Source: Hemiscyllium ocellatum
Lineage: Eukaryota
Direction of reading: 5' to 3'
NCBI RefSeq assembly: GCF_020745735.1
Contig: NC_083408.1
Coordinates: forward strand, 46,406,484 to 46,470,483
Length of the DNA: 64,000 nucleotides
In this document: positions 1 to 13,053 of the stretch, in pieces
Position numbering within the stretch: the stretch's first letter is position 1
Layout of the letters: each line of letters begins with the position of its first letter
Made by a program: the position numbers and the translations under genes
The notes under the pieces: model-generated
What the model saw: the letters and a program-made list of their open reading frames with translations, nothing else
Database searches by the model: none
Told to the model about the DNA's origin: nothing

Positions 1-207
1 TCTGACAAATAAGCTGGTGAAGTTCTATCAGAAGAGGAATTAAGTCAGTAGATAAGAAGGAGTTTGTAGCAAGGCCTAAAGCTGTTGTCTTTCTACTACT
101 TAGCACTTCAGATGTCATTGCTCAGGGAGCACACATGTGACTGAGCGCCTTTTGGATGAGAAGTGAAACTGAAGTCCCCATCTGCCTTCCCAGGTTGATG
201 TAACAAA

Positions 208-1610
208 CCCTAGAGTCGAGAGTGTAGTGCTGGAAAAGCACAGCAGGTCAGGCTGCATCTGAGGAACAGGAGAATCAATGTTTCTGGCATATTCCCTTCA
301 TCAGGAATGAGGCTTGTGGGTCAGGGCTGAGAGATAAATGAGAGGGGGTGGGGTTTTGCGGACGGTAGAAAGCGATAGGTGGTTGAAGGTGAGGGAGAAG
401 GTGATGGATCGGTGGGGGGTGATGGACAGGTTCAGAGGACGTTGCTGAGTTGGAGGGTGGGGAGTGGGATAATGTGGGGAGTGGGAAAATGAGGAAGCTT
501 TGAAATCCACATTTATCCCGCGTGGTTGCAGGATTCCAAGGCAGAATATGAGGCGTTCCTCCTCCAGACATTAGGTGGTAACGGTTTGCCGAAGCAGGCG
601 GTCCCAGGACCTGCTTGTTCTTGACGGAGTGGGAGGGGGAGTTGAAGTGTTCAGCCATGGGTCGCTAGGGTTGGTGGGTGCAGGTGTCCCAAAGATGTTC
701 TCTGAAATGATCCGCAAGAAGCCATCCTATCTCCTCGATGTAGAGGAGACTACACCGGGTGCAATGGCTGCAGTAGATGACATTTGTAGAGATACAGGTA
801 CATTTCTGACGGATGTGGAAGGATCCCTAGGGGCTTTGGACAGAGTTTTTAGGAGAGTGGTCTGGTCTCAGGTTTTACACTTCTTGCTGTGATAGGGAAA
901 GGTGCCAGGAGTGGGTGTAGGCTGGTGGCGGGGGGTGGTGGTATAGACCTGATGAGGGAGTCGCGGAGGGAATGGTCTTTTTGGAACACTGATAGGGGTG
1001 GGGAGGGAAATATATCTCTGGTGGTAGGGTCCGTTTCAAGGTGGTGGAAGTGGCGGAGGATGAGACGTTGTATGTGGAGGTTGGTAGGGTGGAAGGTGAG
1101 GGCCAGGGAGGGGTTCTGTCCTTGTTGCATTGGGAGGGGTGGGGTTCAAGGACAGTGGTGCGTGAAGTGGAGGAGATGTGCTGGAGGGCATCTTCAACCA
1201 TGTGGGAAGGGAAGTTGCGATCACTGAAGAAAGGGGCCATCTGGAACTGAAAGATGGAATTGGTTATCCTGGGATCGCGTGCAGCAAAGGCAGAGAAATT
1301 GGAAATAAGGGATGGTATTTTTACAGGAGGTAGGGTGTGAGGAGGTGTAGTCGAAGTAGCTGTGGGCTTGTAATCTATATCCGTGGTTAGTCAGTTGCCA
1401 GAGATGGTGATGGAGTGGTCCAGGAAGGGAGGGAGGTTTCCGAGATGATCCAGGTGAATTTGAGGTCGCAGTGGAAAGTGTTGGTAAAGTTGGTGAACTG
1501 TTCAACCACCTCGTGGGAGCACGAGGCAGCGCCGATGCAATCATCAATGTAGTGGAGGAACAGGTGGAGGTGGTGCCGGTATAACTGTAGAAGATGGACT
1601 GTTACACGTT
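208..1610 (-). mobile_element. Penelope-like retroelement, 5'-truncated and decayed (RT C-terminus, GIY-YIG remnant, terminal repeat)
   Basis: The minus strand near 1500-1560 translates as FLHYIDDCIGAASCSHEVVEQF (RT YIDD motif). Frameshifted pieces follow (TDPTTRDIFPSPPLSVFQKDHSLRDSL; AEHFNSPSHS). A degenerate hammerhead core CTGATGA...GAAAC lies at 280-304 (-). Boundaries are approximate. Confidence 0.8.
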
Positions 1611-2574
1611 TTTCTGCGTTGCAACGGTGGCTACTTCCAAAAAGTAGTAAAGCACTTTGAGCAGAATGTGAAATGTGCTGTGTAACTGCAAGGTCATTAT
1701 TTTAATTAGCCACTTTTGCTGATCCATTATTGGATGTCAGGTGCACATCTGGTCTTTTAACTCTTTATTCTAATATTAATGTCTTTTTTGTACAATCCAC
1801 ACACAGTATTCTCTGTTCCATATTTTTCCCCTAAAGAACAAATGGTAAGTAGCTCATTTCTCATTTACTAATATGAATTTCTTTGTTTGTGGTTCTGTTT
1901 CCCCCCCCCCCAAAAAAAGAAGTGATGGGAGCATCTTAGAGTGAACGCTTCTTCCACAAACACTGCAACTTGGCCAAAGGAGAGGTGTGGGCAACTCTGG
2001 AGGCAGTGATCAGCATCCTTTTTGGCTGAACAGTTATTATTTTTGTTTGCTTCCATTGGGCATAATAGCATCCAAAAACAGCTGATTCATTTTTAAAAAG
2101 AGCTATTTCTGTTTGTATGATGAAGTCTAATTTGTAGCTTCGTTAATACTGGCATAAATATTGCAGAGTTGCTTCTTGTAATGTCCTTGCAGTATAAATA
2201 AATAGCTGTTCCAACAGTAATTAATCATCAGTTAATATATATTGCATGTGTCATGCAGGAAGGAGGAAGTTGTAAACCTTCAAAACAGCTGAGATTTTTT
2301 TAAAAAATGATATTAATGCCAAATGCTTAAAAGTGCTCTTTGGTAACTTAGCACAGGAGTGCTTCAGTGTCTGCATTAATATAGTGATTATAGCAATGCT
2401 CTTAAGCCTTTTTAAAATGTTAACATGTATTCCTAACCTTAAAAGGAATGGAAGTACCACAGAATTGAATAGATAATGGGAGCCAAGAAAAGTATTGAAG
2501 TGTAGTTAGCAACATAGAAATTAACTGTTTTTACTACCTAACTCTCTTCCTGTGTGGTTCTGTTAATATCACAG

Positions 2575-2690
2575 ATTTCTAAGGATCATGCTACAATGAC
2601 ACAAGTACTGTTTGGTAGAAACCTAAGACTGAACGTAGCTCTGACATTTTGGCAAAAAAGTGCAAGTGAGCTGGTAGCTTATCTGGTCAG
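2575..2690 (+). CDS. KATNBL1: KATNB1-like protein 1, first coding exon seen in the window (upstream exons probably lie outside)
   Basis: Splice sites acag|ATTTCT...GTCAG|gtaata. Translates [38 protein letters not shown](R), similar to human KATNBL1 as recalled ([25 protein letters not shown]). Confidence 0.93.
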
Positions 2691-2906
2691 GTAATAATCA
2701 TATTTACCATTGTACTAAATCTATTTTATGTAAGTCATTGTTACAAATTCTATCATAAACTTCATTATTGCAATAGTTAAATTGAATGCAAACTATTTTG
2801 GAAAAGCAGATAGAAGGCTTCCATTTTATTTGTTGCCATGCATCATTGCTTGACAATTTGTCTTAGTTCTTAGTGATATAATGTTGAATCTTTTTGTCAT
2901 CTGTAG

Positions 2907-2957
2907 GATACATGACATTGCTGTTACTGCAGATTGTCTCCCAGTGCTTACAAAAAG
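2907..2957 (+). CDS. KATNBL1: KATNBL1 coding exon (51 bp)
   Basis: ctgtag|G ATA...AAA AG|gtaata. Translates (R)IHDIAVTADCLPVLTK(S); phase matches both neighbouring exons. Confidence 0.92.
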
Positions 2958-3038
2958 GTAATATTAAAATAGCTTTTTTCCATCTATAGTTAATACTTCT
3001 GTCAAATATTCTTTAATGCTCTTTATTTTTGCTTATAG

Positions 3039-3128
3039 TCTGGAGGAAGAAAAACAAAGCATCTCCATAGGTTGTTGTGTTGACCTCTTACCACTAGTGC
3101 AAGAGTTATTAAGAAGCAGATATGAAGA
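3039..3128 (+). CDS. KATNBL1: KATNBL1 coding exon (90 bp)
   Basis: ttatag|T CTG...GAA GA|gtaagt. Translates (S)[29 protein letters not shown](E); preceded by an 81-bp intron. Confidence 0.93.
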
Positions 3129-3859
3129 GTAAGTATTATGAGATTACAGAAGCTACTTTACTGTGCTTTAGGAGCCTAACATCCTAGATCATAGTGAGTG
3201 ATTATATTGAATAGCATACGTGCAATTAATGGAAAGCTAGACTAGCACATGGGGGAGAAAGTATATTGGAAGGTTTCAGTTATAGAATTAGATGAAGGAA
3301 GAGTCTTGAGTGGGACATAAACTCTGTCAGAATGGCCTGGTTCTGTCCTGTGTGGAGTTTTTGTGTTGCCCTCGGTAGTTTTGAAAATTATTTTCACTCT
3401 ATACAGCTTTTTTTGTGGTAATTTGAGAAATTTAGTTTGTACTGCTTTAACATCGTGTACAAGTACAGTAAGTTCTCTAAATGAAAATCGCAAGAATTGC
3501 GGATGCATTAAATCAGAAATAGAGACAGATATTGTTGGAAAAGTTCAATAGGTCTTACAGCATCTATGAAGGGAAATCAGAGTTAATGTTTATGAAATGT
3601 TAACTTTAAGTGCTCCCAAAGACCTTTTGAGCATTGCATTGCAAGCTGGACAATGGGAAAAGCAGCATGAACAAGGAACAGAAAATTCATAATAAAACCA
3701 TATCTCCAGCTCAATGAAAAGAGTTATTAGGACAGATTTCTTTCCTACAATTTTGTTGATTCTGCTATCACCTAACGTTTGGATGTAAACCATAGATTAA
3801 TGGAACTGAAATTGGTTTAAAGTTTTTTTTTCAAAAAAAGGAATATTGGATTTGTTGTC

Positions 3860-6800
3860 ATAGGCTGGGCGTGGAACTACAGTGTTAGCGGCCTGAGGAC
3901 TGTATTACATTAAGGTAGTTGCCAGCTTGCATTAAGATGACTCTGGTTGCACCTGAACTGGAAGTGCACCCAATATCTTGGGCAGGAGGTTTGCTTGAGC
4001 TATTTGGGAGGATTTAAACTAGATTGGCAGGGGAGTAGGAACTGCAGATATGGATCAAATTATGGAGTTGGTAATGAACAGCCAGATACAGTATACAGAG
4101 AGTCTGTGAAAAGGAATAGGCACTTGACAGAGCAAAGGTTCAGTCAGTGTGTTGGGTTGAACTGTGTCTGTTTTAATGCAAGAAGTATCAGGAATAAGAG
4201 TAATGATCTTAGAACATGATTAGTATTTGGAACTGTGATGTTGTGGCCATTATGGAGACTTGGATATCATTGGCAAGAATGGTTGTTGGATGTTCCAGGG
4301 TTTAGATGTTTCAAAAGGAATAGTGGGGAGGTAAAAGAGATGGAGGAGTACATTGCTAATCAGGGATAGTATCACAGCCACAGAAAGGGGGGTGTCAACG
4401 AGGGTCAGTATGAGTGGAAGTCAGAAACAGGAAACGAGCAGTCACTTTATTGGGAGTTTTCTACAGACCCTCCAATAGCAACACAGACATGGTGGAGTAG
4501 ATTGGGAGACAGATTTTGGAAAGGTGCAGAAGTAACAGAGTTGTTGTCATGTGTAACTTTAACTTCCCAAATATTGATTAGAACCTCCTTAGTTCAAATA
4601 CTTTGGAGCAGTTTTTGTCAGGTGTGTCCAGGAGCGGTTCCTGACTCCATATGTAGGTATGGCCTACTAGTCGGCCTATTGGATTTGGTACTTGGCAACA
4701 AACTAGGCAAGGTGTCAGATCTCTCTGTGGGAGAGCATTTAGGTAATAGTGATCACAACATACTGACTTATAGTAAACTCTTGGAGAGAAATAGGAGCAA
4801 ATATTATGGGGAAGTGTTTAACTGGGGAGCGGGAATTACAATGCTATTAGGCAGAAACTAGACTATCTAAACTGGGACAGATGTTCTCGGGGAAATGCAT
4901 GTCAGAAATGTAGAGGTTATTTAGGAAACACTTGCTAATAGTGCTGAACAGGTTTGTGCCGCTGGGGCAAGGAAGGGATGTTAGGTTGGGTGACAAGGGT
5001 AGTGGAACATCTAGTTAAGAGGAAGAGGGAATGTTACTTGAGATTGAGGAGGCAAGGATCAGATGGGTCTCTAGAGGGTTTCAAGTTAGCCAGGAAGAAA
5101 CTGAAGAATGGACTTAGGAGAGCTAGAAGGGGACTGGAAGAGAGTAGGATAAAGGAAAGGCCTTAGGCGTTCTACACATATGTGAGGAACAAGAGGATGG
5201 CCAGAGTGAGGGTAGGGGCAATCCAGGATAGTGGAGGCAACTCGCGCCTGGTGTCAAAGGAGGTAAGGGACATCCTTAATGAATACTTTGCTTCAGTATC
5301 CACTACTGAGTGAGGGACCTTGACACACTGAGGACAGCGTGAAACAGACTAATATACTTGAACAGGTTGAAAATTTTGAAAGTCATAAGGATAGATAAAT
5401 CTCCGGGCCTCAAGGGATATACCCTGGGTTACTACAGGAAGCAAAGGAAGAGATTGCTGCACCATTGGTAATGATCTTTGTGTCCTCACTGTCCACTGGA
5501 GTAGTGCCAAAAGATTGGAGGGTGGCAGATGTTATTTCCTTGTTCAAGAAAGAGAATAGGGATAATCCTGGAAATTAAAGACCAGTCAGTCTCCTGTCTG
5601 TGGTGGGTCAAGTATTGGAGAGGATCCTGAGAGATAGGAATTATGATTACTTGGAAAACCATAGTTGGATTAGAGATAGTCAGCATGGCTTTGTGAGAGG
5701 GAAGTCGTGCCTCACAGTCATTATTAAATTCTTTTGAGGATGTGACAAATCACATTGAAGGTAGAGCGGTGGATATGGTGGACATGAATTTTAGCAAGGC
5801 ATTTGATAAGATTCCCCATGGTAGGCTCATTCAGAAAGTAAGAAGGTATGGAATGCAGGGACATTTTGGCTTTCTGGATACAGAATTGCCTGGCCCGTAG
5901 AAGACAGAGGATGGGAGTAGACGGAAAGTATTCAGCCAGGAGCTTGGTGACCAGTGGTGTCCTGCAGGGGTCAGTTCTGGGACCTCTGCACTTTGTGATT
6001 TTTATAAATGACTTTGATGAAGAAGTGCAAAGATGGTTTAATAAGTTTGATGATGACATGAAGATGGTGGAGTGGTAGATAGTATGTCGATTGCAACGGG
6101 ACATGACAGGCTGCAGAACTGGGCTGATAAGTAGCAGATGGAGTTCAACCTGGCAAAGAGTGAAGTGATTCCTTTTGGAAGGTTGAATTTGAATGCAGAG
6201 TACAGGGTTAAAGGCAAGATTCTTACAGTGTGGAGGAACAAAGGGATCTTGGAGTCTCATGTTCATAGATCCCTCAGTGTTGCCACCCAAGTTGATAGAG
6301 TTATCATGAAGGCATATGGTATGTTGGCTTTCATTGGCAGAGGGATTGAGTTTAAGAGCTGCGCGGTTATGCTGCAGCTCTATAGAACCCTGGTTAGACT
6401 GCACTTAGAATATTGTGTTCAGTTGTGGTTGCCGCATTATCGAAAGGATGTGGAAGCTTTAGAGAGGATGCAGAGGAGATTTATCAGGATGCTGCCTGGA
6501 CTCGAGAGTATGTCTTATGAAGAAAGGTCAAGGGTGCTAAGGCTTTTCTCATTGAAGCAAAGAAGGATAAGAGGTGACTAGATAGAAGTGTCCAAGATAA
6601 TAAGAGGCACAGAGAGAGTGTGGATAGCCAGAGACTTTTTCCAGGGCAGAAATGGCTATCATAAGGGGGCATAATTTTAAGGTTTAGGAGAGGAAGGTTT
6701 CGGGAAGATTCAGAGGTAGGTTCTTTACCCAGAGAGAGGTGAGTGCATGGAATGCACTGCCAGCCATGGTGGTAGAGTCAGATACATTAGTGACATTTAA

Positions 6801-6950
6801 GCGACTCGTGGATAGGCACATGAAAGATAGTACAGTGGAGGATATGTAGGTTAGTCTGATCTTAAGAGTAGGAGAAAAAGTTGGCACAACATCGAGGGCC
6901 CAAGTGTCTGCACTTTGCTGTACTGCTGTATGTTCTATGCTGTCTGTTCT
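3860..6950 (+). mobile_element. CR1-type LINE, long decayed copy (APE endonuclease, RT and 3' tail) in a KATNBL1 intron
   Basis: Frameshifted ORF fragments: CVCFNARSIRNK (APE start), LGNSDHNIL, SGVLQGSVLGPLHFVIFIND, LYRTLVRLHLEYCVQLWLPHYRKDVEALERMQRRF. The 3' end has tgttctatg repeats. Confidence 0.92.
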
Positions 6951-7432
6951 ATGTACTTGAAATGGCCTTAGCTGCAACTGAGCTCAGATTGTCATGTGAA
7001 CGATGAGGTCAAATGAACTTGGAGATGGTTTGTGATTTTTGTGCTGATAAAACTGAGTTTCCAAATTAGAGCAGGCTACATTTTACATTGATTGTTTAGA
7101 CCATTGTTTTTTTTAAGACATCTAAATCTTGTGGTCCTTCCTCATAGACTTGGAATGTACCCCTCACGTTTGCACCAAGATCAAATCTGTTAATTGCTGG
7201 CACGTTCTTGATATGCAAAATGAGAAAGATAGTCCCCACAAATTTTTTTTTTTGTATCTGCTTGCTAATGCAATGAAACACATTTCACCCAATGTGTCTG
7301 ATGCATCATAACAATTGGAAAGCTTAGACCCAAAACCTTTATCGCGATCACATCATAAAATTCATTGCATAGATTTGTTTGTTTATGACTTATTGTATTA
7401 AACCTTACTTATAACATTTTCAAATAATGCAG

Positions 7433-7537
7433 ATATCTGATTGTCGGTTTAAACTGGCTCCGAGCTGTCCTTAAGCAATGGTGGCCAGAGCTTTCTGCAA
7501 ATACTGCAAATAATGATGAAACCCATGTAGAAGATAG
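7433..7537 (+). CDS. KATNBL1: KATNBL1 coding exon (105 bp)
   Basis: atgcag|A TAT...GAT AG|gtaagt. Translates (E)[34 protein letters not shown](R). Confidence 0.92.
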
Positions 7538-8165
7538 GTAAGTGAAATCATATTTTACTTATTAATAAATGTGGAAACTTGTGTTTTAAATATCCCCAAA
7601 ATGATTGAATAGGATGTTATTGGGTAAGACATAATAGCTTATTTCTTAAGTTGGCCAAGAGAAATTGCTATCTCATAACTCCTTAACTCTACATCAAAAA
7701 TCTTTCAATTCAGTCTTAAAATTACAATGACCCAGCCTCTCCTTTCTCTTATTGTTCTAATTTCTACTGAATGCCTTATTAGAGGTGTTTAAAAAAAAAT
7801 GAACCTCCAGTCATCTGGACTGCAATTATATGTAATCAATTTGTTGTACAGAACAAGGACCGAAATGATTGTATTGATCACTGATAATTTGATGCTTTTC
7901 TTTGCTCTATTGATCTGATCCAGGTTAACATACACCTCTGACTTTCAACCTACTTTTATTGTGCACTAAAGTAAAGTAGTTAACTCACTGCAAAATGCCG
8001 AGTACTCCAAAAATAAAAAATAATTCATGTTATTTATTTGAGACGTAGGGAATTCTGTTGCATTTCGTATTTTTAGAGTAATATTTCCTAAACTCTTGCA
8101 CCCTGATGAAATTACTTTCTAGGCAGCTTGAAATTAATATTAATCTTTTGAAATACTTATTCTAG

Positions 8166-8259
8166 AAACGTAAAGGTTTTGAAAGATCAGCTACGACAAC
8201 TACGGGAGCAAGGCTTTCAATTATCTTCAGTTCCAGGGTATACTGGAAAAGTAGCTAAG
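8166..8259 (+). CDS. KATNBL1: KATNBL1 coding exon (94 bp)
   Basis: ttctag|A AAC...GCT AAG|gtaaga. Translates (R)NVKVLKDQLRQLREQGFQLSSVPGYTGKVAK. Confidence 0.92.
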
Positions 8260-9303
8260 GTAAGAACTTTATTCGGTTCTTCTTTTAATCACTCAATTAT
8301 TCTGCCTCCACACTCCTGGGGAAAAAAATCTGCCTAGATTTTACATTCCGTGACAAAAGTTTCGCTTTCCAATTAGCTTGCTGTGAGCTGCTGACAAGCC
8401 TCTGCTGAACTTTTAAGTGGCATATTGCAACTTTTGAGCTCGTTTTCTGCACATCAACCTCTCTCATTTGTTTCTGAACTGGGAAAGAAAGAGCAAGACT
8501 CTTGAACCTTGAGGTATTCCCAGGGGCAGACAGAAAGAATCTAAACCAGGCACTTTAAGTGCCATTTAAATTGCATACAAAACAAAACATGGGTGGGGGG
8601 GGGAAGGGTGGGGTGAGGAGTGCTTGTGTAGCAAGCGATACCACAAAGTAGACAAACATTTTCCTTTTAAATCCCAACACTAAATCCTGAAGGAATGAAT
8701 CTCTGAACATGTAAAACTTCTATTGCCACCGCACAGTTATGACTTACTACATTAAAAATTCACCTAGACCTGAGTGTACAAGACTTTTTAAAGGCATTTT
8801 AGTTTGCCCAATCACAACTTCAAATTTAAATGGATTTCAGTGCTGAGGATTGTAAAAACACACGTTTTGAAAGCATCAAGATTTTAGTATTAACTGCATA
8901 TATAAGTACCAGACATTGTTATTATTGAGCAACTTGGACAACAGTGAATAATCATACCCTCGTTGTTATTTCTATTGCAAAACCTTGGCCAATATTCTAT
9001 TGCTTCTGCAGAGTTTACTTTTGGTGGTAGAATTAATAAAGTGATGAACTAAATCATTGTTAATATGGTTAACAAACTGCATTCTGTGTTCATGTGTGCT
9101 GGTGTTTTTGATTTTATTCTCACTTCATTTGATTGTTAAAGGAAATTACAACTGGCGTGTACTTCCACTGTTTTTAAATGCTATTTTATATTTTCAAACT
9201 TACCTTTCTGAAAATTGAAGTTAGTCTTTAATCCATAAAGAAATAAGGGAAAACGTTATGATTCCCTTTTCATTCCACATACCACTTTCTCATTTCCCTT
9301 CAG

Positions 9304-9342
9304 AATATCAGGCATAAGACATCTAGCTTTTTTTTAAGAAAG
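9304..9342 (+). CDS. KATNBL1: Candidate alternative 39-bp in-frame cassette exon of KATNBL1
   Basis: actttctcatttcccttcag|AAT...AAG|gtaaga. Phase 0-0 with no stop codon; encodes NIRHKTSSFFLRK. No homology or transcript support available. Confidence 0.4.
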
Positions 9343-9537
9343 GTAAGATAAGTCTAAATGAAATCATTTGGCTCTAATTCTGCTAAACTTTCTAGAAAAA
9401 CTATTTCCACTTTCATCAGCTTAAAATCTTGTTCTGCTCTGCACCATTCAGAAAATGGGGGGAAAAGAAATTATAAGAACTTTACCTACTTGCATTTGCA
9501 ATTCAAAGCAACAAGAATTTATAATTTGCTTCTTCTA

Positions 9538-9632
9538 CATGCAGCGCAGTGGCTCAGTAGTTAGCACTGCTTCCTCATAGTACCAGGGACCCGGGTGTGA
9601 TTCCACCCTCTGATGACTATATGGAATTTTAT
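9538..9632 (+). mobile_element. HE1-type tRNA-derived SINE, 5' part (split by a CR1 insertion)
   Basis: A/B-box head gtggctcagtagttagcactgc...ccagggacccgggtgtgattcc. The body continues at about 11376. Confidence 0.7.
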
Positions 9633-11375
9633 ATAGAACATAGAACAATATAGCACAGACCCATGATGTTGTGCCGAACAGTTGTCCTAGCTTAAGCACC
9701 TATCCATGTACCTATCCAATTGCCGCTTAAAGGTCACCAATGATTCTGACTCTTCTACTCCCACAGGCAGTGCATTCCTTGCCCCCACCACACTCTGGGT
9801 AAAGAACCTACCCCTGACATCCCCCCTATACCTTCCACCCTTCAACTTAAATTTATGTCCCTTTGTAACACTCTGTTGTACCCGGGGAAAAAGTCTCTGT
9901 CTGTCTACTCTATCTATTCCTCATATCATCTTATAAACCTCTATCAAGTCACTCCTCATCCTTCGCCGTTCCAATGAGAAAAGGCCTAGCACTCTCAACC
10001 TATCCTCGTACGACCTATTCTCCATTCCAGGCAACAGCCTGGTAAATCTCCTCTGCACCCTCTCCAAAGCTTCCAAATCTTTCCTAAAGTGGGGCAACCA
10101 GAACTGCACACAGTACTCCAAATGTGGCCTTACCAAGGTCCTGTAAAGCTGCAACATCCCCTCGCGACTCTTGAATTCAATCCCTCTGCTAATGAACACT
10201 AATACACCATAGGCCTTCTTACAAGTTCTATCCGCCTGAATGGCAACTTTCAAAGAGCTATGAACATAGACCCCAAGATCCCTCTGCTCCTCCACCTTAC
10301 TAAGAACCCTACCGTTAACTTTGTATTCCGCATTCTTATTTGTCCTTCCAAAATGGGCAACCTCACACTTGACAGGGTTGAATTCCACTCTGCCACTCCT
10401 CAGCCCAGCTCTGCATCATATCTAAGTCCCTTTGCAGCTGACAACAGCCCTCCTCACTATCCACAACTCCACCTATCTTCATATCATCTGCAAATTTACT
10501 GACCCACCCTTTGACTCCCTCTTCCAAGTCATTAATAAAAATTACAAACAACAGAATACCCAGAACTGATCCCTGCGGCACTCCATTGTAACTGGGCTCC
10601 AAGCTGAATATTTACTATCTACCACCACTCTCTGACTTCGACTGGTTAGCCAGTTCTCTATCCAACTGGCCAAATTTCCCACTATCCCATGCCTCCTGAC
10701 GTTCCGCATAAGCCTACCATTGGGAGCCTTATCAAATGCCTTACTAAAATCCATGTACACTACATCCACTGCTCTACTCTCATCCACATGCTTGGTCCAC
10801 TCCTCAAAGAATTCAATAAGACTTGTAAGGCAAGACCTACCCCTCGCAAATCCATGCTGGCTGTCTCTAATCAAGCAGTGTCTTTCCAGATACTCATAAA
10901 TCCTATCCCTCAGTGCTCTTTCCATTACTTTGCCTACCACTGAAGTAAGACTAACTGGCCTGTAATTCCCGGGGTTATCCCTATTCCCTTTTTTGAACAG
11001 GGGCACAACATTCGCCACTCTCCAGTCCCCTGGTGCCACCCCCGTTGACAGTGAAGACGAAAAGATCATTGCCAACAGTTGCTCTGCAATTTCCTGTCTT
11101 GCTTCCCACATAATCCTAGGATATATCCCGTCAGGCCGGGGGGACTTGTCTATCCTCAAATTTTTCAAAATGCCCAACACCTATTCCTTCCTAACAAGTA
11201 TCTCCTCCAGTTTACCAGCCCATTTCATACTCTCCTCTTCAACAATACGGTCCCTCTCATTTGTAAATATTGAAGAAAAGTACTCATTCAAGATCTCTCC
11301 TATCTCTTCCGACTCAATACACAGTCTCCCACTACTGTCCTTGATCGGACCTACCCTCGTTCTTGTCATTCTCGT
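9633..11375 (-). mobile_element. CR1-type LINE, 5'-truncated, relatively young RT region
   Basis: Minus-strand ORFs 10542-11180, 10363-10602 and 9921-10388 carry PGNYRPVSLTS, DFSKAFD, GVPQGSVLG, KFADD and EYCVQFW. The 3' tail reads atagaacatagaac on +. Confidence 0.95.
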
Positions 11376-11637
11376 GTTTACATTCTCCTTGTGTTTGTGT
11401 GGGTTTCCTTCCACAGTCTGAAAACGTGCCAGTTAGGTGGATTGGCCGTGCTAAATTGCCCATAGTGTCCGGGGGTATGCAGGCTCGGTGGATTAGCCAT
11501 GGGCAATGAATGCAGGGTTCCGGGGGTGTGGAGAGGCCGGGGATGTTGGGTTGGTGAGTGAGTCTGGGTGGATTGCTCTTTGAAGGGTCAATGTAGACTC
11601 AATGGGCCGAATAGCTTTCTTCCACACTATATGGATT
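11376..11637 (+). mobile_element. HE1-type SINE, 3' part
   Basis: cattctcc...gggtttcc...gttaggtggattggccgtgctaaattgccc...atgggccgaatag...ccacact, continuing the head at 9538. Confidence 0.75.
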
Positions 11638-12421
11638 TTTTAAAAATGTCATCATTGTTACAGATTTCCATTCTTTTATTGCCCTAAAATATGTCTGTTA
11701 ACATATATAATAAGTGCATCTGCTACATGGGTACATGCCAATACCTCTATGTTGACATTACTTTTGCTTCCTTGCAATTGGTATCAGAGTATATGTGAAT
11801 ATCTTCAGTTGTCCTCTTTTCTTTCCCCAGTGTTTCCTCAATATGGAGTATCTGATTTAGTAGCTTATTTGGTTGCAGCACCTTGTGTTCTTCCCACATT
11901 TTGATTGGGTTGACACTTTGACAGCTGTCGAGAACAGACATTAAAGGGAAAAAGAAATTTCTTGAGCTTTTTATTTCAAATTTCTTTAATGCAGTTCTAA
12001 AGCTGTAGTGACAAAAGTGATTTCACAATTTGTCATCAAAATAATTTGTTTTGTTTAATGACTGATCCTCCATATGTTGACCATATAATTATACTTGTCA
12101 AGCATATTGTTTGACCAAGTAGTTGTGAATGATGGGTAAGTGAAAGCCTTTTCCAAGCAGACAAGTATTATAAAATAGACAAGTTTCAATTGTTTGGGAG
12201 TCCTTTTCACAACTTTGCTATGTTTTGCCAAGATTCCCAATAATATTTGTCAGGTGCTGATGTAGATAATCAAACTTTGTATTTTGGTGATGTGCAGCAA
12301 CCTCCAAATCTTTTAATTTTGGATAGAATGCAAGTTTTGTTGGTATTGATCTAATAGTAAGTCGTCTTGACTCAGGTTAGGGATGTTTTAACGAGCTGAA
12401 ATTTTTATTTTGTTTCTGCAG

Positions 12422-12454
12422 AGTGTGGGAACCTACCTGGAGCAATTGTACTAA
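12422..12454 (+). CDS. KATNBL1: KATNBL1 terminal coding exon
   Basis: tttgtttctgcag|AGT GTG GGA ACC TAC CTG GAG CAA TTG TAC TAA = SVGTYLEQLY*. Same length and pattern as the human ending DVDAYLLQLH*. Confidence 0.85.
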   Translation, partial: SVGTYLEQLY

Positions 12455-13047
12455 ATATATGCAGTATCCAGGGGACTTCATTTTTTCAAGTACTATCAGC
12501 AGTTGAAAGCTGCTTTGCAACATCATTTCAACCTCCTGGTTTGTTAAAATATTCGGGAGACCAACACTGCAGAAAGTGATCAAAGTAGGCTCAGCACAAA
12601 GTTGGTTGCAAATTATGTTCGAAACCACTATTGAACCCAATGAAGCTACTTCACATTGAAGTGGTTTATTCGCCAAGAGGCATATCCTCGACTCTGTGAG
12701 CTGATGATGTGACACTGTTTTGCGTTCCAGATTCATGTAGCCTAACTTGGACAGGAGAAGGTCTGTGTTCTTCAATATTGTCAGACTGGTGCCAATCAAC
12801 TGCACTGAAATGCTGCTTCAGTGCTCATGGACACTATGAATGTATTTTCTGTATATTTGATTCAAGGTTGTAAAATTTGCATATGACTGTGCAACAATAA
12901 TAAGTTATAATTTCAGTAAAGAAAACACCATAGTAGAGCATGCAGCTGTTTACTAATATCAGTAAGGTGACCTTAACAAAATGTGCATAGCACTGTATTC
13001 TTTTAATTGAAACATTAAAGTAGACATTTCTTGTGACTTTGCACTTA

Positions 13048-13053
13048 AATAAA
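13048..13053 (+). terminator. Candidate KATNBL1 polyadenylation signal
   Basis: AATAAA about 600 bp after the stop codon, followed by T-rich sequence. Confidence 0.35.

Noticed and set aside
1807-1850. Possible small KATNBL1 exon ending ATG|gtaagt at 1844
   Set aside because: The donor is good, but candidate exon lengths (8 or 38 nt) are not multiples of three and the peptide does not resemble KATNBL1 as I recall it.
8590-8618. G-rich tract (potential G-quadruplex); likewise the poly-C at 35437-35454
   Set aside because: Simple low-complexity runs with no supporting context.
3860-11375. RT ORFs as intact or domesticated genes
   Set aside because: Multiple frameshifts and stops, 5' truncation and typical CR1 tails indicate dead copies.
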